Part shown: in pieces, positions 11,406 to 26,189 of the stretch | How the letters are laid out: each line of letters opens with the position of its first letter | How positions within the stretch are numbered: position 1 is the first letter of the stretch | Origin: Antedon mediterranea | Taxonomy: Eukaryota > Animalia > Echinodermata | NCBI RefSeq assembly: GCF_964355755.1 | Contig: NC_092673.1 | Span: 10,946,948-11,010,947, forward strand | DNA length: 64,000 nt | Reading direction: 5' to 3' | Made by a program: the position numbers and the translations under genes | The notes under the pieces: generated by a model | Database searches by the model: none | What the model was told of the DNA's origin: nothing | The model's input: the letters and a program-made list of their open reading frames with translations, nothing else

Positions 11406-14400
11406 CTAGATTTGAACTCGTCACTTTGACTAGTTCGGGTTATCCGCGCAAACGCAACATGCACATACTTAACTATATGAACCTCGACAATTATTATGCC
11501 ATCCTATGACATGAAATAAATATGTTTACAGTGCTGAATTGTACCTACTAGATGGCACGCATTTCAAATGTACGTACCGCAGGACAATAATACATGTCGT
11601 TTACAGGAACGATTAAATAGACACTGTGATTTATGTACTCAACTAAAATTAGCACCCTATTACTTCCGAAAGAGAAACTTGTCACAAAATAAGACCAATT
11701 GTTTAAGTCAAATTTAAACAAACTTTATTTGTGTTTTGTATGTAACATTAGGGTTGAGGGATGGGGAAGAGGATGGGTGCAAAGAGGAACAATGTTAAAA
11801 TATATTCTTTATCCATTTAGTAACGAAATATTAATTGCTTTCATGTTTTACAAATAATATACCACTAAACACAGTAAAACATTGTGATGTAATACTTTGT
11901 TGAAACTATCACCGTCCTAGTCGATTGAAATAGTACAGCACATGTAACGATACATCACTACGACGTGTATATGTTTATAATATAATGTAAAACAATTTGT
12001 GAAAACCACCTCTATTCGGGGAAAATCATAAATTTGATTTAATCGTCAATAAATATTAAATTATCTAACTCAACTTAATTAGTAGGCCTAATGGTTTTCA
12101 ATTGTTTCTTAGAGCCAATTCATACTTAAGTTGGTTCCTACCCTACCCACCAAAGTTGTTCTGCGTTTAGGGCATGTGATGTACTGTAGGCTTATTCTCT
12201 ACTGGTTTTACAACGCTACTCATGCCAGTGAGGGAAATGTGATGATGTGGGTGGTTTAACTGCAATAATAAAGATTTGTACATAATATACGGCGAGTGAA
12301 ACCGCTAGCTCATTATCCGTTTAAAAAAAAATTATATCCGACCTCTGCAGCACAGATTGAAAACAAAAATGGATCGAATTTCGAGTATACAGTACTGTAC
12401 TTGCCTTTACGACGCCTGAGGGAATAGACACTTGTGAAACAGAGATTGGAATGTTCCATTCATCGCAAATCAATACATTTGTATAATCGTATATTAAATC
12501 TATCAAAATAGTATTTTTTTAAGAAAATCGGCCTGTCTTCAACATTATGATGCTGTACTCTAGCTGTTCAACCAGTTTTCAGCTATTAAAAACAATTATC
12601 GGAGGAGGAGATAGGAAAATGCGAAGCATCCTCGTATTTTTGTGGCGGGTATTTTTCAAGATGGACATCCATTAGACAGTGTATACCACGATCGGAAAAC
12701 ATCCCTATTTGGGGCAAATCGTTGAACCTAAATTCGTTTTAATCGTCAATAACTAATTACCTAACTCAATTTAATGAGTAAACAGGGTTACATCAGATGG
12801 TTAAAATCAGTACCGAAAGTATGAACCAACTTTATATACCATCGAGTAAAAATTCTAGAAATAAACCGAGATTTAAATTTATATATAGATTATGTAGCAT
12901 ATATCAATATTACAGTATTTTACAGAATAAACTGTATATGTTATATACAGTGTAGCATAGACGAAATTACGAGACCCATCTTTTAAATCCAATTATTAAC
13001 ACAATGACGTCATCAAATTGACATATAAAGATAACAATTTTAGAAGATAATTATCTAAATAATTACATTATTGCAAATTTGAAGAATTTTGGGCACGTAA
13101 AATTGAGATGCGCTCTCGTTTAAACGCAATGAACTTTTACGCAAGAGATAAAAATACCACTTTTTGAACTCAACTAGCCATATGATGACGTCACAACATC
13201 TGATTGGCAAAATATTCACATGAATTCGTATCTACAATCAAATAGCTTCCAGAAAACGTATTAATCATGATTATCACTTTTTATTCTAACGAGCTATAAC
13301 AGATTGAAATTTACTGTAATGATGAAAATAAGTGACCCACGTTATGCACGCTTTTAATCATGATGACGTCATCACAATTTTAAAAATGTTAAATCATGCG
13401 AAAGATAATTGATTGACCAAGACAATATAAAAAACGGAGGGAAATGGAATAAGAATAAGTGCAGATGCGCTCAATTAAATGTGATGAGCTATGACGAAAA
13501 AGACAAAAATCCTATATTTTATATTCGAGTGGCCATATGATGACGTCACAATGTCCAGTTAGCCATATTGATCCATGATCCGATATCTACAACTCATCAA
13601 CCTCCAGAATATGTAATTAAAAAAAAGTTCACCGTGTAGTTTAGAATCTATGACTGTTTAAAAAAAGGCTTAATTTTGGCGAATTTTTTAACTTTTTCAT
13701 AAAAAACGCCCACAAATTGTCCAATTCGACGTGCTCGTATGACGTGATTTTAAATCGAAATTGTTAGACAGTTGGTCAAATTACTAGAAAAGACTGGAAA
13801 AACATAAATCACGCGAAAAAAAAGGTATGCAGCGCTACGTTCGCACCGCGCGCGTAAAAATATGCGCTCACGTGGGAATTTTTGACATGCTTAAAATGAC
13901 ATTAAATGCGTAGAAAGTTGATTAGAAATTGATTTTTCGCATTCTGAAATTTTAAACGTGCGTGCGCGCGTAACTTTTTGTGAAACATGCCATTTTTAAT
14001 CCATAGAAAGTTTGCTCTTGATATGACTTAAATTTTCACCAAGCGTCAATATAAAATGACTTTTGGTTTTTAATCTATGATCAATAATTGAAATTCATAA
14101 AATTGCGCATAACTTACGCTGCGCGACTCTAAAGTAAAAAAACGAAATGTCCTGCACTTCTACAGTTAAAGGTCAATCTTCTGACAAAATTATACGATGT
14201 AATGTTGATAAGAATTTGAGATACACGTGACACAAAATTCTGGGAAAGAAAGAAGAACTAGACATGAAACTCGTCACTTTGACGAGTTAGTTATCCGCTC
14301 GACAAACGCCACGCGCACGTCATACGTTGGAATTTTGCACACAGAAAAAGAATATGGCATTATTACCTGAACTGAAGAATATGATGTGTTGTTAGTGCTG

Positions 14401-17400
14401 AATGCTGTATATTTTGTGTCATATAGTATACACAGTATAATCTGTATACATATCACCGACAGTGTAAAATAGGTGAAATTACAGGACCCGTATTTTATTC
14501 CAATTTTTAACATGTTGACGGTTTCAAAATGAAACGCGAAGGTAGTAATTTCGGAAGGAAATTATCTCAGCAACAACATATTAACGTTTAGAAGAAATTT
14601 GAATACATGTAATATTGATGTGCGCTCTTTTAAATGTAATGAACTATGACGCAAAAGATGAAAATACGACTTTGTTTATTTAACTGGCCATATGATGACG
14701 TCACAATATCTAATTGGCGAAAATTTCACATGATTTAGTATCTACAATCCCATAGCTTCCTGAAAACGTTTTAATCGTGATTATCACATTTTATTCGTAC
14801 GAGCTATAACAGATTAAAATTTACTGTAAAGATGAAATTAATGACCATGTTAATTAAAATTTTTATGCATGATGACGTCATAACAATTAAAATATGTTTA
14901 ACTCATGTGAAAGATAGTTGATTGACCTAGATAATATTAACATCTTGGAGGAAATGGAATACAGATAAGCGAGATGCGCTCTATTGAAAGTGATGAGCAA
15001 TAACGAAACAGACAAAAATCCTATATTATACATTCGTGTGGCCATCCGATGACGTCATAACATCCGAGAGGTAAAAATTGTGCATGAATTTATATCTACA
15101 ATTTATCTTCTTGCATAATAAGTTTTAAAAAATTGAGGTCACCTTTGATCCTCAAGAGCTATAATAGATTCAAAATAGGCATTATTTTGACAATATTTTA
15201 TAACTTTTTCAACAAAAACGCGCGCAAATGGTCTCAATCAACGTGTTCATATGACGTCATTTTAATTTGAAATGATGTCAATCTTTTTTAAAATGACTAA
15301 GAAAGGCTGTAAAATCATAATTCAAGAGAAAAACACATGGTTTTCATGCTCCGTGCGCACCTTACGCGTAAATTTTTTCGCGCGCGTGGGAATTTTTGAC
15401 GTGCTCAAAATGTCCTGATCAGCGTAGAAAGTTGATTAGAAATTAATTTTGCGCATTTTGAAGTTTTAAATGCGCGTGCGCGCGTCACTTCTTGTAAAAC
15501 ATGCCATTTTTAATCCATAGAAAGTTTTCCCTTGATATGACTTAAATTTTCATTAAGTGTGAATACAAAATGACTTTTGGTTTTTAGTCTATGATCAATC
15601 ATAAAAAATCATAAAATCGCGCGTAAGTCACGTTGCGAAACTCTGACGTCATTCAAAAATAGGAGGTGCACAACTTCACGTAAATGCCCATATGTTGACA
15701 AAGTTATGAAATGTTATGTTTACAAGTTTTTGAGATACGCGAGACACAAAAATGGAGGAGAAAGAAATAAGAAAAAAAAAAACTAGACATGTAACTCGTC
15801 ACTTTGACGAGTTTGGTTATCCGCCGCGCAAGTGGTGCAACATTAACATTAAGGGGATAGGTTGAGGACAAAAGGAAGTGTTCACGTTGGCATTATGACC
15901 TGAACTGAAGAATATGATATGTTGTTATTGCTGAATTTTATTATTTAAATTCATATATAGTATACACAGTATAATCTTTATCCATATCACATACAGTGTA
16001 GAATAGGTGAAATTACGGGACCCGCTATTTATTGCAATTTTTAACATGTTGACGGTTTTAAAATGAAACGCGAAGGTAGCAATTCCGAAAGGAAATTATC
16101 TCAGCAACAACGTATTAGCGTGTAGAAGAAATTTGAATACGTAAAATATAGATGCGCACCCTTTTAAATGTAATGAATTATGACGCAAAAGATGAAAATA
16201 CGACCTTTTTTATATAACTGGCCATATGATGACGTCACAATCTCCGATTGGCAAAATTTTCACATGATTTCGTATCTACAATCCAATAGCTTCCAGAAAA
16301 CGTTTTAATCTTACGAGCTATAACAGATTAAAATTTACTGTAAATATGAAATTAACGCCACACGTGATTTAAATTTTTAGGCATGATGACGTCAAAAAAA
16401 TTAAAATATTTTTAACTCATGCGAAAGATAGTTGATAGACCTATACAACATCAAAATCGGGGTGAAAATGGAAAACGCATAAGTGGAGATGCGCTCTATT
16501 AAATGTGATTAGCTATGACGAAAGATACAAAAATCCTAAATTTTATAATCGCGTGGCCATACGATGACGTCACAATGTCCGGTTAGCCACATTAATGTTT
16601 GATCCGATATCTACAACTCATCACTTTCCAGAATATATCATCCACAAAAAGTTGACCATGCAGTTTAGAAATTACGACTGGTTAAAAAAAGGCATAATTT
16701 TGACGATTTTTTTAACTTTTTCATCAAAAACGCGCACAAATTATCCAATTCGACGTGCTCGTATGACGTAATTTTAAGTCGAAATTGTTTAAAAGTTAGT
16801 AACATTACTAGAAAAGGCTGGAAAAACATAAATCACGCAAAAAAAGTATGTTTTTAACGCTATATGCGCACCGCGCGCGTACAAATTTGCGCACGCGTGG
16901 GAATTTTTGACATGCTCAAAATGACAAGAAACGCGTAGAAAGTTGATTAAAAATTAATTTTGCGCATTTTAAAATTTTAAATGCGCGTGCGCGCGTAACT
17001 TTGTGTAAAACACGCAATTTTTTTTAAACAGAAAGTTAGCGCATGATATAAATTAAACTTTTGCAAAGTTTCAAATTAAAATGTTATTTGGTTTTTGACC
17101 TATGTTAAATACGAGAAAATCGTTAAATCGCGTGTAAATCACGTTTCGCAAATCTAACGTCATTCACAATAGGAGGTGCACAATTTCACGTAAATGCCCA
17201 CATGTTGACAAAATTATAAAAAGTTACGTTAGCACGTTTTAGAGATACGTGAGACACAAAATTGACACAAAGAAAGAAAAATAAAGAAAAAAAAAAGATG
17301 ATTTCATACAATTACAAGGAGTTATCCGCCTAGTGCGGATAACTAAAAAGTAACAGGACGATTACAAGGAGTTATCCGCTGCTATGCGGATAACTAATAA

Positions 17401-20400
17401 GATAGAAAAACTAGATTTGAACTCGTCACTTTGACGAGTTCGGGTTATCCGCGCTTACGCAACATGCACATACTTAACTATATCAACCTTGACAATTATT
17501 ATGCCATCCTATGACATGAAATAATATGTGCATTGTACCTATTATGTAACATACAGCATATTACAGTATTTACAGAATAAACTGTATATGTTATATACAG
17601 TGTAGTATAGACGAAATTACGAGACCCATCTTTTAAATCCAATTATTAACACGATGAAGCGATCAAATTGACATTTAAAGATAACAATTTTAGAAGATAA
17701 TTATCTAAATAATTACATTAATACAAATTTAATGAATTTTGGGCACGTAAAAGTGAGATGCGCTCTCGTTTAAACGCAATGAACTTTTACGCAAGAGATG
17801 AAAATACGACTTTTTTTATTCAACTGGCCATATGATGACGTCACAATATCTGATTGGCAAAATGTTTACATGAATTCGTATCTACAATTCAATAGCTTCC
17901 AGAAAACGTTTTATTCATGATTATCACTTTTTATTCTGACGAGCTACAACAGATTGAAATTTACTGTAAAGATGAAATAAGGTGACCCACGTTATTTACA
18001 TTTTTAGACACGATGACGTCATAAAAATTAAAATATTTTTAACTCATGGGAAAGATAGTTGATTGACCTAGACAGTATTAAAATATCTGAGGAAATGGAA
18101 TACGTATAAGCGAGATGCGCTCTTTTGAATGTGATGATCAATAACGAAACAGACAAAAATCCTATATTTTACATGCGTGTGGCCATACGATGACGTCATA
18201 ACATCCGAGGGGTAAAGATTCTGCATGAATTCATATCTACAACATATCTGCTTACATATCAAATTAAAAAAATTGGGGGTCACGGATGATCCTGAGGCGC
18301 TATAATAGATTCAAAATAGGCATAATTTTGACAATATTTTGTCACTTTTGCAACTAAAACGCACGCAAATTGTCTAAATCAACGTGTTCGTATGACGTCA
18401 TTTTAATATGCAATTAAGTCAATTTTTTTTTAATGACTAGGAAAGGCTAGAAAATTACAATTCAAGAGAAAAAAACATGATTTTCACACTCCGTGCGCAC
18501 CATACGCGTAAATTTTTTCGCACGCGCAGGAATTTTTGACATGCTCAAAATGTCATGATCAGCGTAGAAAGTTGATTAGAAATTAATTTTGCGCATTTTG
18601 AAACTTTAAATGCGCGTGCGCGCGTAACTTCTTGTAAAACATGCCATTTTTAATCCATAGAAAATTGACCCATGATATGAATTATAATTTTATTAAGTTT
18701 CATGAAACAATATTTGTTGGTTCTAAAGTTATGATCAGTTATAGAAATTCATAAAATCGCGCGTAACTTACGCAACGCGTATCTGACATCGTCCAAAAGC
18801 TTGGCTGCACATCTACAGTTCAATGTCAATCTTTTTACCAAGTTATACAAAGTTATGTTCACAAGCAATAGAGATATGCTGGTCACAAAAATCCGGGAAA
18901 GAAAGATTAACAAAGAAGATGAAACTAGATTTGAACTCGTCACTTTGACGAGTTCGGGTTATCCGCGCATACGCAACATGCACATACTTTAAACTATATG
19001 AACCTCGACAATTATTATGCCATCCTGTGACATGAAATAAATATGTTTACAGTGCTGAATTGTACCTATTTTGTAGCATACATCATGTTACAGTATTTAC
19101 AGAATACACTGTATGTTATATACAGTGTAGCATAGACGGAATTTCGAGACCCATCTTTTAAATCAAATTATTAACACGATGACATCATCAAATTGACATA
19201 AAAATAACAAATTTAGAAGATAATTATCTAATTAATTACATTAATACAAATTTAAAGAATTTTGGTCACGTAAAAGTGAGATGCGCTCTCGTTTAAACGC
19301 AATGAACTTTTACGCAAGAGGTGAAAATATGACTTTTTGAATTCAACTGGCCATATGATGACGTCACAACATCTGATTGACAAAATATTCACATGAATTC
19401 GTATCTACAATCCAATAGCTTCAAGAAAACGTTTTAATAATGATTATCACTTATAACTCTAACGAGCTATAACCGATTGAAATTTACTGTAAAGATAAAA
19501 ATAAGTGACCCACGTTATTTACATTTTTAGACATGATGACGTCATAAAAATTAAAATATATTTAACTCATGCGAGAGATAGTTGATTGACCTAGACAGTA
19601 TTAAAATATATGAGGAAATGGAATACGTATAAGCGACATGCGCTCTATTTAATGTAATGAGCAATAACGAAACAGTAAAAAATCCAATATTTTACATTTG
19701 TGTGGCCATACGATGACGTCATAACATCCGAGGGGTAAAGATTCTGCATGAATTCATATCTACAACATATCTGCTTACATATTAAATTTTTAAAAATGGG
19801 GGTAACGGTAGATCCTGAGGAGCTATAATAGATTCAAAGTAGGCATAATTTTGACAATATTTTGTCTTTTTTGCAACTAAAACGCACGCAAATTGTCTAA
19901 ATCAACGTGTTCGTATGACGTCATTTTAATTTGAAATGATGTCAATTTTTTTTAAAATGACTAGGAAAGGCTGGAAAATCATAATTCAAGAGAAAAAAAC
20001 ATGATTTTCATGCACCGTGCGCACCATACGCGTATATTTTTTCGCACGCGCGGGAATTTTTGACATGCTCAAAATGTCATGATCAGCGTAGAAAGTTGAT
20101 TAGAAATTAATTTTGCCCATTTTGAAACTTTAAATGCGCGTGCGCGCGTAACTTCTTGTAAAACATGTCATTTTTAATCCATAGAAAATTGACCCATGAT
20201 ATGAATTATAATTTTATTAAGTTTCATGAAAAAATATTTGTTGGTTCTAAAGTTATGATCAGTTATAGAAATTCATAAAATCGCGCGTAACTTACGCAAC
20301 GCGTATCTGACATCGTCCAAAAGCTTGGCTGCACATCTACCCTTCAATGTCAATCTTTTTACCAAGTTATACAAAGTTATGTTCACAAGCAATAGAGATA

Positions 20401-23400
20401 TGCTGGTCACAAAATCCGGGAAAGAAAGATTAACAAAGAAGATGAAAAAAAAAGATATTTACAATCACATGGGTTATCCTGCAACTAAGTTGCGGATAAC
20501 CAACTAGACATATAACTCGTCACTTTGACGAGTTAGTTATCCGCACGACAAACGCCACGTGCACGTCATATGTTGGAATATTGCACACAGAAAAAGATTA
20601 TGGCATTATGACCTGAACTGAAAAATATGATATGTTGTTATTGCTGAATTTCTATTATTTTGATTCATATAATATAGTATACGGTACACAGTATAATCTG
20701 TATCCATATCACATACAGTGTAGAATAGCTGAAATTACGGAACCCGCTATTTATTGCAATTTTTAACATGTTGACGGTTTTAAAATGAAACGCGCAGGTA
20801 GCAATGTCGGAAGGAAATCATCTCAGCAACAACATATTAACGTGTAGAAGAAATTTGAAAACGTAAAATATTGATGCGCGCTCTTTTAAATGTAATGCAT
20901 TGATGACGCAAAAGATTTTTGACATGCTCAAAATGACATGAAACGCGTAGAAAGTTGATTAGAAATTGATTTTTCGCATAATAAAATTTTAAACGCGCAT
21001 GCGCGCGTAACTTTGTGTAAGACATGCCATTTTTAGTGCACAAAACGTTAGCGCACGATATATTAAATTAGACTTTTGCTAAGTTTCAATTTAAATTGTT
21101 ATATGGTTTTCGATCTATGTTAAATACGCGAAATTCATAAAAACGCGCGTAAGTCATGTTGCGCAACTCTGATTTCATTCAAAAATAGGAAAGCACAACT
21201 TCACGTGATTGCCCATATGTTGACAAAGTTATAAAATGTTAACTTTAACGCGTAGAAAGTTGATTAGAAATTGATTTTTCGCATTATGAAAATTTTAAAC
21301 GCGCGTTCGCGCGTAACTTCGTCTAAAACATGCCATTTTTAGTGCACAAAACGTTAGCGCACGATATAAATTAGACTTTTGCTAATTTTCAATTTAAATT
21401 GTTATATGGTTTTCGATCTATGTTAAATACGCGAAATTCATAAAAATGCGCGTAAGTCATGTTGCGCAACTCTGACGTCATTCAAAAATAGGAAAGCACA
21501 ACTTCACTTGATTGCCCATATGTTGACAAAGTTATAAAATGTTAACTTTACACGTTTTAGAGATACGCTCTGCACAAAAATGACAGAAAGAAAGAAGAAT
21601 AATACAGAAAAAAAAAAAGATGATGAAACAGGACAGTTACAAGGAGTTATCCGCTGAATGCGGATAACTAACAAAGAAGATGAAAAAAAAGATATTTACA
21701 ATCACATGGGTTATCCTGCAACTAAGTTGCGGATAACCAACTAGATTTGAACTCGTCACTTTGACGAGTTCGGGTTATCCGCGCAAACGCATCCATGCAC
21801 TTTCTTAACTATATGGACCTCGACAATTATTATGCCATCCTATTACATGAAATAAATATGTTTACAGTGCTGAATTGTACCTATTATGTAGCATACACCA
21901 TATTACAGTATTTTACAGAATAAACTGTATATTTTATTATACAGTGTAGCATAGACAAAATTACGAGACCCATCTTTTAAATCCAATTATTAACACGATG
22001 ACATCATCAAATTGACATATAAAGATAACAATTTTAGAAGATAATTATCTAAATAATTACATTAAAACAAATTTGAAGAATTTTGGGCACGTAAAAGTGA
22101 GATGCGCTCTATTTAATGTGATGAGCAATAACGAAAGAGTAAAAAATCCGATATTTTACATTCGTGTGGCCATACGATGACGTCATAATATCCGAGTGGT
22201 AAAGATTCTGCATGAATTCATATCTACAACATATCTGCTTACATATTAAATTAAAAAAATTGGGGGTCGTGGATGATCCTGAGGAGCTATAATAGATTAA
22301 AAATAGGCATAATTTTGACAATATTTTGTAACTTTCGCATCTAAAACGCACGCAAATGGTCTAAATCAACGTGTTCGTATGACGTCATTTTAATTTGAAA
22401 TGATTTCAATCTTTTTAAAAATGACTAGGAAAGGCTAGAAAATCACAATTCAAGAGAAAAACACATGATTTTCATGCTCCGTGCGCACTTTACGCGTAAT
22501 TTTTTCGCGCGCGTGGGAAATTTTGACATGCTCAAAATGTCATGATCAGCGTAGAAAGTTGATTAGAAATTAATTTTGCGCATTATGAAATTTTAAATGC
22601 GCGTGTGCGCGTAACTTCTTGTGAAACATGCCATTTTTAATCCATAGAAAGTTCGCCCTTGATATGACTTAAATTTTCACCAAGTGTCAATACAAAATGA
22701 CTTTTGGTTTATAATCTATGATCAATCATTGAAATTCATAAAATCGCGCGTAAGTTACGTTGCGCGACTCTGACGTCATTCAAAATATGGAGGTGCACAA
22801 CTTCAGGTAAATGTCCATATAATGACAAAGTTATGCAAAAGATATATTCACAAGCAATAGGGGATATGCTGCTCACAAAAATCAGGGAAAGAAAGAAGAA
22901 CAAAGAAGATGATGACTAGACATGAAACTCGTCACTTTGACGAGTTAGTTATCCGCACGACAAACGCCACGTGCACGCCATACGTTGGAATATTGCACAC
23001 GGAAAAAGATTATGGCATTATGACCTGAACTGAAGACTATTAATGATATGTTGTTAGTGCTGAATTCTATTATTTTGATTCATATATAGTATACACAGTG
23101 TAATCTGTATACATATCACATACAGTGTAGAATAGGGGAAATTACGGGACCCGCTATTTATTGCAATTTTTAACATGCTGATGGTTTTAAAATGAAATTT
23201 TGGAAGGAAAATATCTCAGCAACAACATATTAACGTGTAGAAGGAATTTGAATACGTGAAATATTAATGCGCGCTCTTTTAAATGTAATGAACTATAACG
23301 CAAAATATGAAAATACGACTTTTTTTATTTAACTGGCCATATGATGACGTCATCACATCCGATTGGCAAAATTTTCACATGATTTTGTATCTACAATCCA

Positions 23401-26189
23401 ATAGCTTCAAGAAAACGTTTTAATTGTGATTATCACATTTTATTCTTACGAGCTATAACAGATTGAAATTTACTGATGAAATTAATGCCACATGTAATTT
23501 AAATTTTTAGGCATGATGACGTCATAATAATTAAAATATTTTTAACTCATGCGAAAGATAGTTGATTGACCTAGACAATATCAAAATCGGGGTGAAATTG
23601 GAAAATGGATAAGTGGAGATGCGCTCTATTAAATGTGATGAGCTATGACGAAAGATACAAAAATCCTCAATTTTATATTTGCGTGGCCATACGATGACGT
23701 TAAAATGTCCGGTTAGCCATATTAATACATGATCCGATATCTACAACTCATCAACTTCCGGAATATGTCATCCACAAAAAGTTGACCGTGTAGTTTAGAA
23801 ATTACGACTGTTTAAAAAAAGGCATAATTTTGACAATTTTTTGTACTTTTTCATCAAAAACGTGCGCAAATTGTCCAATTCGACGTGCTCGTATGACGTA
23901 ACTTTAAGTCGAAAGTGTTTAAAAGTTGGTAAAATTACTATAAAAGGCTGGAAAAACATAAATCACTCGAAAAAAATATGTTTTTAATGCTACGTGCGCA
24001 CCGCACACGTAAAAATGTGCGCACGCGTGGGAATTTTTTACATGCTTAAAATGACATGAAACGCGTAGAAAGTTGATTAGAAATTAATTTTGCGCATTTT
24101 GAAATTTTAAATGCGCGTGCACGCGTAACTTTTTGTAAAACATGCCATTTTTAGTGCACTAACAGTTTGCCCTTGATATGACTTAAATTTTCATAAAGGG
24201 TAAAAAAAAAATTACTCTTGGTTTTTAAGCTATGATCAGTCATTAAAAATCATAAAATCGCGCGCAAGTCACGTTGCGCAACTCTGACGTCATTCAAAAT
24301 AGGAGATGCACAACTTCACGTAAATGCCCACATGTTGTCAAAGTTATAAAATGTTATGTTTACACATTTTAGAGAAACGTGACTCACAAAAAAATGGGAA
24401 AGAAATAAGAACTAGACATGAAACTCGTCACTTTGACGAGTTAGTTATCCGCTCGACGCCACATGCACGTCATGCGTTAGAATATTGCACACAGAAAAAT
24501 ATTAAGGCATTATGACCTGAACTGAAGAATATGATTAGTTGTTATTTCTGAATTCTGTTATTTTGTGTCATATACATAGTATACACAGTACAATCTGTAT
24601 ACATATCACAAACAGTGTAAAATAGGTGAAATTACGGGACCCGTATTTTATTGTAATGTTTAACATCTTGACGGTTTCAAAATGAAATGCAAAAGTAGAA
24701 ATTTCAGAATGAAATTATCTCAGCAACAACATATTAACGTGTAGAAGAAATTTGAATACGTGAAATATTGATGCGCGCTCTTTTAAATGTAATGAAATAT
24801 AACGCAAAAGATGAAAATACGACTTTTTGTATTTAACTGGCCATATGATGACGTCACAACATTTGATTGGCACAATTTTCACATGATTTTGTATCTACAA
24901 TACAATAGCTTCCTGAAAACGTTTTAATCGTGATTATCACATTCTATTCTTACGAGCTATAACAGATTAAAATTTACTGTAAAGATGAAATTAATGACCA
25001 ACGTAATTTAAATTTTTAGGCATGATGACGTTGAAAAAATTAAAATATTTTAATTCATGCAAAAGATAGTTGATTGACCTAGAATATATTAAAATCGGGG
25101 TGAAAATGGACAAAGAATAAGTGGAGATGCGCTCTATTAAATGTGATGAGCTATGACGAAAGAGACAAAAATCCTATATTTTATATTCGCGTGGCCATAC
25201 GATGACGTCACAATGTCCGGTTAGCCATATTAATGCATGATTCGATATCTAAAACTCATCAACTTCCAGAATATGTAATTAAAAAAAATTTCTCCATGTA
25301 GTTTAGAATCTATGACTGTTTAAAAATATGCATAATTTTGACGAATTTTTGAACTTTTTCACCAGAAACGCGTGCAAATTATTTAATTCGACGTGCTCGT
25401 ATGATGTAATTTTAAGTCGAAATTGTTTAAAAGTTGGTAACATTACTATAAAAGGCTGAAAAAACATAAATCACGCGAAAAAAATATGTTTTTAACGCTA
25501 CGTGTGCACCGCGTGCGTAAAAAGTTTCGCGCGCGTGGGAATTTTTGACATGCTCAAAATGACATGAAACGCATAGAAAGTTGATTAGAAGTTGATTTTT
25601 CGCACTCTAAAATTTTAAACGCGCGTGCGCGCGTAACTTTTTGTGAAAGATGCTATTTTTAATCCATAGAAAGTTTGCGCTTGATGTGACTTAAATTTTC
25701 ACAAAGTGTCAAAACAAAATTATGTTTGGTTTTTAGTCTATGATCAATCATTGAAATTCATAAAATCGCGCGTAAGTCACGTTGCGCAACTCTGACGTCA
25801 TTCAAAAATAGGAGGTGCACAATTTCACGTAAATGTCGATATGTTGACAAAGTTACGATATGTTCTGTTTACACGTTTTAGAGAAACGCGACGCACAAAA
25901 ATGACAGAAGGAAAGAAGTATAATACAGAAAAAAAAAAAAAAAAAAAAAAATGATGAAACAGGACGATTACAAGGAGTTATCCGCTACTAAGCGGATAAC
26001 TAATAATACAGAAAAAAAAAAAAAAAAATATTGATCCACTACAATCACAAGGAGTTATCCGCTACTAAGCGGATAACTAAAAAAAAGATATTTACAATCA
26101 CATGGGTTATCCTGCAACTAAGTTGCGGATAACCAAAAAAAAAGATCCTGACAATAACAAGGGGTTATCCGCCAAGTGCGGATAACCAA
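11406..26189 (-). mobile_element. Nest of nine Helentron-like elements (outermost copy type B)
   Basis: 3' CTAG ends at 11406, 14258, 15783, 17411, 18925, 20504, 21741, 22916, 24412. 5' hairpin termini end at 17346, 17397, 20503, 21671, 21740, 26003, 26080, 26136, 26189. Confidence 0.8.
11548..12889 (-). mobile_element. Canonical non-autonomous Helitron (5'-TC...CTAG-3')
   Basis: Interrupts GTACCTA|TTATGTAGC, which is contiguous in sister copies (e.g. ~21878). Minus strand starts TCTATATAT and ends with an imperfect hairpin + CTAG. Inserted between A and T with no duplication. Confidence 0.8.

Noticed and set aside
25951-26189. CRISPR-like run of palindromic repeats with short spacers
   Set aside because: Repeats vary in sequence, spacers are homologous to each other, there are no cas genes, and each unit is explained as a displaced 5' terminus.
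706-26189. Simple 1.5-kb satellite or rolling-circle concatemer
   Set aside because: Neighbours are often different subtypes and 5' termini are displaced into stacks, which tandem amplification does not explain.
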